NCBI GenBank assembly: GCA_034927285.1
Contig: JAYFQF010000011.1
Coordinates: forward strand, 23,670-87,669
Direction: 5' to 3'
DNA: 64,000 bases
Source of the DNA: Peptococcaceae bacterium
Lineage (GTDB): Bacteria > Bacillota > Peptococcia > DRI-13 > UBA5745
The notes beneath the pieces were generated by a model, which was not told where the DNA came from, searched no databases, and saw only the letters and a program-made list of their open reading frames with translations. Shown piece by piece: positions 57,501 to 64,000 of the stretch. Positions within the stretch are counted from its first letter, which is position 1, and every line of letters starts with the position of its first letter. A program made the position numbers and the translations under genes.

Positions 57501-57563
57501 TCACAATAAGTCAGCAAAAGCAATTAGCATAGTGCAAAACAGATACAACTCTGAATGATTCAT
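57501..57563 (-). CDS. Putative type I (holin-like) toxin peptide MNHSELYLFCTMLIAFADLL; frame continues *SERK* to TAA at 57486
   Basis: own promoter, RBS GGGAGG in a hairpin, hydrophobic 20-aa ORF, AAATAACCGCC terminator at the second stop. Confidence 0.65.
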   Translation of the reverse strand: MNHSELYLFCTMLIAFADLL

Positions 57564-57623
57564 CCTGCCACCTCCCGTTATGGGAAGTGCTAACCGCCTT
57601 AGATATCCTCTTGGCCATTGAAT

Positions 57624-57652
57624 ATTTTACCATAAATCGAACAGTCGATCAA
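57624..57652 (-). promoter_or_regulatory. Sigma-A promoter of the toxin mRNA
   Basis: TTGATC-17-TAAAAT with TG extension. Confidence 0.7.
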
Positions 57653-57812
57653 TAAAGGAGCCGCCAGGAATGATCCCGGCGGCTTTTGAGGTCTGCCTTC
57701 CATTAATTATTTGTCTGTCGATATTCTGCTGCCAATCTGGCAGCCACAGACAGGATTATTTGAGAAGCAGCGACAGAGTACCGCTGCCGATGGCAGGACT
57801 TTGGAAAACCGC

Positions 57813-58997
57813 TCAGTCCCCCAATGCCTGCTTAATATCCGCAATCAGGTCTTCCACATTTTCAAGCCCCACCGACATACGGATCATGCCGTCCGTGATT
57901 CCAGCCGCTTCGCGGTCTGCCTTCGGGATCATGGTGTGCGTCATAGCGGCAGCCTGCTCGACAAGAGTGATCGGGTCGCCAAGGCTGACCGCAATCTTGG
58001 CAAGCTTCAGTTTATTTATGAATTCCTGCCCTGCCTCAAGACCGCCCACTACATCGAAGGTCACCATTCCACCGCCGCCCCGCATCTGCTTCTTGGCAAT
58101 GGCATACTGAGTATTGGACTCGAGGAACGGATAACGCACAATGGAAATTTTATCGGAATTATTGAGGAACTCCGCAATCTTTGCCGCATTTTCATTATGG
58201 CGCCGCATTCTAAGCTCCAGCGTTTTCAGACCGCGCGCAACCAGGTAAGCAGCATTTGGAGAGAGAACTGCGCCTAGATGCATAAGAGAACCGAAACGAA
58301 CCTCATCGGCATACTCAAGATCATTGCAAATCACGACTCCGCCCAGCGTATCGCCATGCCCATTGATGTATTTAGTCATACTGTGAATAACAATATCTAC
58401 GCCAAAATCGATAGGATTCGTGTTAATAGGCGATGCGAAGGTGTTATCCACAGCAACTTTGATTCCATGGCGCTTTGCAATTTTGCAGACTTCCTCAATA
58501 TCTGCCATTACCAAGGTCGGATTTGCCGGAGTCTCCAGGTAAATAAGCTTGGTGTTCGGCTTGATCTTGGACTCCAGCTCTTCCATGTGCAACGGGTCAA
58601 AGTCGTCGTACTCGATGCCGAACTTTGGGAAGTACTTGGTCGTGACCTCTTCCGTTCCGGAATATTTGGCCTTTACAAAGATTGCATGATCGCCATTGCT
58701 CAGCAGAGCAAGCAGTGCGCCGGTAACGGCAGCCATGCCAGAGGCAAAGGTCACGGCATACTTGCCGTGCTCCAGTTGAGCCAATTTTTCTTCCAGAACC
58801 GTATTGGTCGGGTTGTGCAGACGGGTGTATGCGTTTGTCGTATGGAGATCGCCAAATGCTTCTGCAGCCGCAAATGTGGTCTCATATTCAAATGTCGAAG
58901 TCTGATAAATGGGAGGGACAACTGCGCCGAACTGTTCTTTCGGTTCGCCCGCATGGATGCTGATGGTGGCGTTCCCTTGCAAAGTGTTTTCTGACAT
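57813..58997 (-). CDS. Trans-sulfuration family PLP enzyme (methionine/cystathionine gamma-lyase-like)
   Basis: 'PPIYQTSTF', 'YTRLHNPT', 'SGMAA', 'ETPANP', 'DNTF', 'HSMTKYINGHGD', 'VSLG', 'RMSVGLE'. Confidence 0.9.
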   Translation of the reverse strand: MSENTLQGNATISIHAGEPKEQFGAVVPPIYQTSTFEYETTFAAAEAFGDLHTTNAYTRLHNPTNTVLEEKLAQLEHGKYAVTFASGMAAVTGALLALLSNGDHAIFVKAKYSGTEEVTTKYFPKFGIEYDDFDPLHMEELESKIKPNTKLIYLETPANPTLVMADIEEVCKIAKRHGIKVAVDNTFASPINTNPIDFGVDIVIHSMTKYINGHGDTLGGVVICNDLEYADEVRFGSLMHLGAVLSPNAAYLVARGLKTLELRMRRHNENAAKIAEFLNNSDKISIVRYPFLESNTQYAIAKKQMRGGGGMVTFDVVGGLEAGQEFINKLKLAKIAVSLGDPITLVEQAAAMTHTMIPKADREAAGITDGMIRMSVGLENVEDLIADIKQALGD

Positions 58998-59083
58998 GAT
59001 AGACGACCTCCAATATAAAAAGTAAAATCAAATTATCTTTATAATCCCAATTCTGGAAAAGGAAAAACCTCAATCAAATTTGC

Positions 59084-60403
59084 TCAAATTGCGGTAGGCT
59101 CCGTATCCTTCCCGGCCTTTACGCCATAGATGACTATCCCTGCAACAAATCCGGCAACAGCAGGTGCTATCCAGCCGAAACCGGCGGAATAGAATGGCAG
59201 AATGCCCAGCGCAGCAGAAACCGGGGGCAGGTTTGCTCCGTATGCAAGTATCGTATCCAGCACAGAATAAATCACGACGAGAACCACACTTCCTTTGTAT
59301 GCGCCGTCGTTCGGCACATACTTTTTGAAAAACCCCAGCAGCGAAAGCACGATGCACAGAGGATAGATTAAGCCAAACAGAGGCAGCGCAACGCTGACGA
59401 TGGTATCCAGGCCAACGGAGGCGACAAGCAGAGAAACCAGAACGTTGGAACAGAGAAAAATAATATATTTGACTTTTCCGCCGGTCAGGTCTTCAAAAAA
59501 ATCAGCGACAGCCGTCAGCTGGCCGATTGCTGTGGTGAGGCAGGCCAGGACAACGGCGATGGCAAAGGGAACCATTGCAAAGCTCCCTCCGATATCCTTA
59601 ATGATGGCAACCAGCAGAGTCGCATTGCCGATTTCCGGCGAATACTTACTCCCTGCCGTAGCTCCCAGATAAAGAAGGCCGCCATAAATTACAAACAGAC
59701 AGATAAATGCTATCAAGCAGGCCTTCAGCGCAATCTTTCTGGTCTCTTTGCCTGGCTGATAACCGTGACTGTGGATTTGTTCCATGAAAACCGCCGCCAT
59801 CAGGAAAGAAACGACAACGTCTCCGGTCTGATATCCCTGCAGGAAGGCAAAGGTAAAGTTATTGCCCACAGTCGATATCTGAGGAGTTCCCATCGGATTG
59901 AAAATACCGACAACAACAAGGATAAAAAGAATAATGACCATCACAGGGGTTAGGATTTTGCCAACCTTGTCCAGTGCTCCAATTTTGGTACGCGCAAACA
60001 AAAATGCGATCAAGAAATAGATCACGATGGATACGAAGTAAGGGGCGGAACTCCAGGCACCCTGCAGGCCAAGCTCGATGGCAACCGCGGCCGTTCTGGG
60101 GATGGACACAACTACACACAGCAGCATGGAAATGGTCAGAAGAACTTTATCAAGGTTCTTGAATGCGTGATCAGTGATGCTCTTGACTGACTCGCCGGCC
60201 TTGGCAATGGCGAACAAAGAGAATAGCGGCAGAAAAATTCCGGAAATTGCAAGTCCTGCCAAGCCGGCCGGATAGCCGGTTCCGTTCTGGATGCCGATCA
60301 TTGGCGGAAAGACCAGGTTGCCTGCGCCAAAGTAGGTCGCAAAGAATGCCAAGCCAATAAATAAAAACGCCCAGTTTCTCGTTATTTTCTCCATAACACT
60401 CAC
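59084..60403 (-). CDS. brnQ: BrnQ/LIVCS family amino acid:cation symporter
   Basis: 'FATYFGAGNLVFPP', 'IPRTA', 'VGKILTP', 'GYQTGD', 'LACLTTAIG'. Confidence 0.88.
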   Translation of the reverse strand: MSVMEKITRNWAFLFIGLAFFATYFGAGNLVFPPMIGIQNGTGYPAGLAGLAISGIFLPLFSLFAIAKAGESVKSITDHAFKNLDKVLLTISMLLCVVVSIPRTAAVAIELGLQGAWSSAPYFVSIVIYFLIAFLFARTKIGALDKVGKILTPVMVIILFILVVVGIFNPMGTPQISTVGNNFTFAFLQGYQTGDVVVSFLMAAVFMEQIHSHGYQPGKETRKIALKACLIAFICLFVIYGGLLYLGATAGSKYSPEIGNATLLVAIIKDIGGSFAMVPFAIAVVLACLTTAIGQLTAVADFFEDLTGGKVKYIIFLCSNVLVSLLVASVGLDTIVSVALPLFGLIYPLCIVLSLLGFFKKYVPNDGAYKGSVVLVVIYSVLDTILAYGANLPPVSAALGILPFYSAGFGWIAPAVAGFVAGIVIYGVKAGKDTEPTAI

Positions 60404-61344
60404 CTCATCAGTATTTTTCTATCCTGTTCCATCTCCCGGACAGCTTCCTTCAGAAGTTCTACATATCGTTTTCCTAACGGGCTGATTTCTTTGTCCTTTG
60501 TTGACAACCAACCTACACAAATATCGGGACTGTCCTTGAACGCAACGCTGGAGAAGCGATCCCGCATATTTTCTCCAAGCAGTCCTGTTCCGATGTCGTA
60601 TGCCTGAGAATTTTCAATCAATTCTTTGCTTGCATAAAGATCGCTGATCAGCAAAGTTTTTTTAGGGAAAATTTGGGGGAGGAATACTTCCTCCATCAAA
60701 AAATTGGGGGTTGATTCATCTTGCGTATAAACAATGCATGGGTAGGGTTCCAGATCCTTGGCGGTCACCTCCTTATTTTTTGCCAGAGGATGATCCTTCG
60801 CCAGAAAAATGTGTGCCTTCATTTGAATAAGCGGGTGAAATTCCAAGCCATAACTGTCGAAAAGTCTTTGAAAGCTATGCTTCTTCTCACAGTTCTCCAA
60901 GATCACGCCGATCTCGCTTTTCCGGTTTGAAACAGATTTAAAAACATCGACTGTGCGCTCATAATGCAGGCTGAAACAATAACTATCTGTTGAAATCTCT
61001 TTCAGCAAATTGCTGAAAGCCCTGGAGGCAAAGGTATAATGCTGAGAGCTTACAGAAAATTTCATGTCGACTTTCCATTTAGCAGAAAAGTTCTCCTCAA
61101 TGAATTCGACATTGGCCAATACCTCATTGAAGTGCTGTATAATTCGTTTCCCATCTTCGGTAAGAACAGAACGGTTTCCCAACTGGTCAAAAATACGGAT
61201 GCCAAGCTCACCTTCAAGCATCTTTATTTGCTTGCTGATATTTGGCTGGGTCACATACAGGGTTTCTGCGGCACTTCTAATAGAACCATTTTTGACGATC
61301 TCGGACACATAGCGCATTTGCTGCAGAGTCATCTTCATTGCCAT
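60400..61344 (-). CDS. LysR regulator, CmbR/MtaR-like
   Basis: 'AAETLYVTQPNISKQIKMLEGELG', 'FSVSSQHYTFA'; stop overlaps brnQ start (GTGA). Confidence 0.9.
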   Translation of the reverse strand: MAMKMTLQQMRYVSEIVKNGSIRSAAETLYVTQPNISKQIKMLEGELGIRIFDQLGNRSVLTEDGKRIIQHFNEVLANVEFIEENFSAKWKVDMKFSVSSQHYTFASRAFSNLLKEISTDSYCFSLHYERTVDVFKSVSNRKSEIGVILENCEKKHSFQRLFDSYGLEFHPLIQMKAHIFLAKDHPLAKNKEVTAKDLEPYPCIVYTQDESTPNFLMEEVFLPQIFPKKTLLISDLYASKELIENSQAYDIGTGLLGENMRDRFSSVAFKDSPDICVGWLSTKDKEISPLGKRYVELLKEAVREMEQDRKILMR

Positions 61345-61837
61345 CCCTCCTCTTTATTGATTCTGCAATTGTGTTCGTCGACTAAAAAGCGCAGCGCCTG
61401 ATTGGCATCGATTAGGGAGGATTTGTTGTATTTTTTAGCGGAAATATTCTGTATGATATTTTGATTTAAAATCCCTATCTCGCAGCTAGTTTTTCTATAA
61501 TTATTATATAGATTACAGGAATATATGTAAATTCACACTTATTTATCGCCTTTGATAACTTCTTGGTAAAATTTTATAAAATCATTACCGCGCACGGCGT
61601 TACGCAATGATTTCACACACTTGATATGCACCGTCCAAATCGTTAAATTCCGCAGCAGGTTAATATGGCATAATCCGCCCGCCCGTTATACCGGCTTGTC
61701 CGGCTTATCCACCCAACATTCCCTATCTTCCTGAAGGTATCTGCATTTTCTTTTGTTTTTCCTTGCCTTTCCGTGATAAAATAGGTAAACTGATAGTCAG
61801 AACAGGTTTTATCATTTTAAGAAATGAGGGAGTGCCC

Positions 61838-62692
61838 ATGCACAATATTCGTTTAGTCACCGACAGTACAGCGGATCTGCCGAAATGGTTTGCAGATGAA
61901 AATAAAGTTTCCATCATCCCTTTACACATCACCTTTCCTGACGGCAGAACCTTTCTTGACGGTGTGACGGTTACTCCCCGTGAGTATAACGAATTGTTGC
62001 GCGGCATCGGCAATGAACTCCCGAAAACTTCCACCCCCACCAAAGAAGATTTCCAGAATGTCTACCGGTCTATCCTGCAGGAAGACCCCGGCTGTCAGAT
62101 CATCTCCATCCACCTTTCTTCCCATTTGAGCAGCACCGTCAGCGTGGCGGAGACCGCCGCCAGGGAAATCAGCCCGGAAATCTACGTATTCGACAGTAAA
62201 AATATCAGCTTCGGTATGGGGCTGCAGCTTTTTGAAGCGGTAAAAGTAATCCAAGAAGGAGCCGACGTTAACCAGGTCCTGAAACACCTGCGGGATGTGT
62301 CCAGTCATACCGAAACGATGTTCTGTCTGGATACCCTGGAAAACCTTTATAAAGGCGGACGGATCGGCCGGGTCACCGCTTTTATCGGCTCCGTACTGAA
62401 CATTAAACCCATCATCCATGTAAAAGACGGCGTCTACGAGCCTTTTGAAAAGGTCCGCAGCCAAAAGCAATCCATCCAGAAGATGATCGACCAGGCGGCC
62501 AAGCTTTTAAACGGCAAGGTACCGGCCCAGATAGCCGTTATCCACGGAGACTGCCTGGAAATGGCCGAAGCTCTGAAAGAAAAGGCGGAAGCCGCCTTCG
62601 GCCGGGCCCTGACCACCTTCGGAGACACTACGCCGGTAGTCATCACTCATTCCGGCCTGGGGACTTTAGGCCTTACCGTCTGCTATTTATAG
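61838..62692 (+). CDS. DegV family fatty-acid-binding protein
   Basis: 'VTDSTADL', 'PKTS', 'HLSSHLSST', 'KGGRIG', 'HSG'; start re-called to ATG 61838. Confidence 0.93.
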   Translation: MHNIRLVTDSTADLPKWFADENKVSIIPLHITFPDGRTFLDGVTVTPREYNELLRGIGNELPKTSTPTKEDFQNVYRSILQEDPGCQIISIHLSSHLSSTVSVAETAAREISPEIYVFDSKNISFGMGLQLFEAVKVIQEGADVNQVLKHLRDVSSHTETMFCLDTLENLYKGGRIGRVTAFIGSVLNIKPIIHVKDGVYEPFEKVRSQKQSIQKMIDQAAKLLNGKVPAQIAVIHGDCLEMAEALKEKAEAAFGRALTTFGDTTPVVITHSGLGTLGLTVCYL

Positions 62693-62748
62693 GACCGGCG
62701 GGGCCCTTCCCCTTTGTTTTTTCCGGGAAGCTCCGGCCTTTCCGATCT

Positions 62749-62784
62749 AAAAAAAACGCGATCCCCAGAGGGGACCGCGTTTTT
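62749..62784. terminator. Bidirectional terminator
   Basis: aaaaacgcgatcccc/ggggaccgcgttttt between convergent genes. Confidence 0.75.
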
Positions 62785-62859
62785 CGTTTATTCAGGCCAG
62801 CCGGTTCAGACCGCCAGACAGTCTGATTTTCAGTCATTCAGGCCTTCAGCCGAAGAGTT

Positions 62860-64000
62860 TCAGTCTTCATGAATGGAACTGCCGCCGATAAATTCCCGCA
62901 GAATTGAATTCAGAGGAACCGCCTCGTCGCCGATCTCCGGAAAATAGGCCAGCATGTCTAAAAGCCGCTGAGCGTCGGCATATTCCGGGATAAGGGGGCT
63001 TACCTCCCGCAGCAAAGGCTCCGCATACTTCTTGAACACACCGGTCTCATAGACTAAAGCGGTATTAAACATGGCGTCGGCCTCCTCCTGATAGGGAAAG
63101 ATGTTTCGCTCCTCTCCCCGGCGCACCGAAGGCCAATGGATCAGGGTATCCTCCGCCGAGCGTCCCCGGTACTGAGAATCCCGCACCAGACGCCGCAGCA
63201 GCCGGGCGTCACTGGTGGCCACCCGGTTATAACTGTCGATATCCACCTGCACCATGGAGCTGATGTAGATTTTAAATTTCATGGCCCGGCCCACGGCGGG
63301 GGTCAAAGCCTCATTCAACGCGTGAATTCCTTCCACGATGATGGGATGGCCCGGTTCCACCCGCACCTTCCGGCTGTTATCCATCCGGAGACCCTGGCGG
63401 AAATCAAAGATGGGCGCCATGACCTGCCGACCTTCCACCAGGCTTTCCAGATGCCGGTTAAACAGCTCCACATCAATAGCCCGCAGGGATTCAAAATCAT
63501 AGGAACCGTCGGCATCCTTTGGGGTATCCTCCCGGTTCACAAAATAATCGTCGGTGGAAAGCGTCACCGGCCGCAGCCCCAGCACCCGCAGCTGGGTAGC
63601 CAGCCGGTAGCAGAAGGTGGTCTTGCCGGAGGAAGAAGGCCCCGCGATCAATACAAGCCGCAGCCGGTCCCGGTCGGCATAGATCTGATCCGCCAGATTA
63701 ACCAGATATTTTTCCTGCAGCGCCTCGGAAACATGGATCAGATCCCGCACCGCGGCGGGCCCTTTAGATACGGCCCGGGTAAGCCCCGCGACGTTATAAA
63801 CGTTTAATATCTTGGTCCATTCCTTACTCTCGGTCAGCACGCCGGCCAATTTCGGCACTTCCGCCAAAGGGGCCAGGGTACGGGGGGTTTGCCGGGTGGG
63901 ATAGCAAAGCAAAAAGCCTTTCTCATAAGGCAAAAGACCAAAGGTATGCAAACAGCCGGCACTGGGGGCCAGGGAATGGAAGGAATGAAAGATCTGCCCC
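62860..64000 (-). CDS. Nucleoside (uridine) kinase family protein, 5' part outside window
   Basis: 'LIAGPSSSGKTTF', 'DDYF', 'EGIHALN', 'RLLRRLVRD', 'WPSVRRGE..NIFP'. Confidence 0.88.
   Translation of the reverse strand, partial: GQIFHSFHSLAPSAGCLHTFGLLPYEKGFLLCYPTRQTPRTLAPLAEVPKLAGVLTESKEWTKILNVYNVAGLTRAVSKGPAAVRDLIHVSEALQEKYLVNLADQIYADRDRLRLVLIAGPSSSGKTTFCYRLATQLRVLGLRPVTLSTDDYFVNREDTPKDADGSYDFESLRAIDVELFNRHLESLVEGRQVMAPIFDFRQGLRMDNSRKVRVEPGHPIIVEGIHALNEALTPAVGRAMKFKIYISSMVQVDIDSYNRVATSDARLLRRLVRDSQYRGRSAEDTLIHWPSVRRGEERNIFPYQEEADAMFNTALVYETGVFKKYAEPLLREVSPLIPEYADAQRLLDMLAYFPEIGDEAVPLNSILREFIGGSSIHED

Noticed and set aside
37384-57503. TGA-as-Trp or selenocysteine recoding suggested by in-frame TGAs at 37384 and 57501
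   Set aside because: Many intact genes here end in TGA and use TGG for Trp; no SECIS seen; nonsense mutation is simpler.
61600-61660. Minus-strand peptide-like fragment PAAEFNDLDGAYQVCEIIA*
   Set aside because: Too short, no start, family not recognised; could be a gene remnant but unsupported.

Overview
GC-rich chromosomal window from what looks like a spore-forming anaerobic Firmicute (Clostridia; inferred from cwlD, a collagen-like spore protein and SLH proteins). Core genes include a Tad/Flp pilus operon (runs off the left edge), a THUMP RNA methyltransferase, argF-argG-argH, cwlD, rplM-rpsI with an L13 leader, Re-citrate synthase/GntR/isocitrate dehydrogenase, helD, recQ, MoxR-DUF58-DUF4129, cobO, threonine dehydratase, idi, two DegV genes and a nucleoside kinase (runs off the right edge). 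Accessory blocks are cadC-cadA, MATE/AraC, a decayed two-component/ABC operon and two sulfur-amino-acid clusters. The best candidates for uncharacterised systems are: (1) a four-gene signalling module behind helD (small HTH, membrane Ser/Thr kinase with SLH-like ectodomain, secreted SLH protein, large XRE regulator) with a candidate operator; (2) a MarR-controlled cluster of PatB C-S lyase, peroxiredoxin-like protein, APC permease, M24 peptidase and MFS with two matching operators; (3) an unannotated type I toxin-antitoxin locus at 57.4-57.65 kb. No rRNA, tRNA, CRISPR array, integrase or transposase was seen. All family calls come from motif recognition, not database searches.
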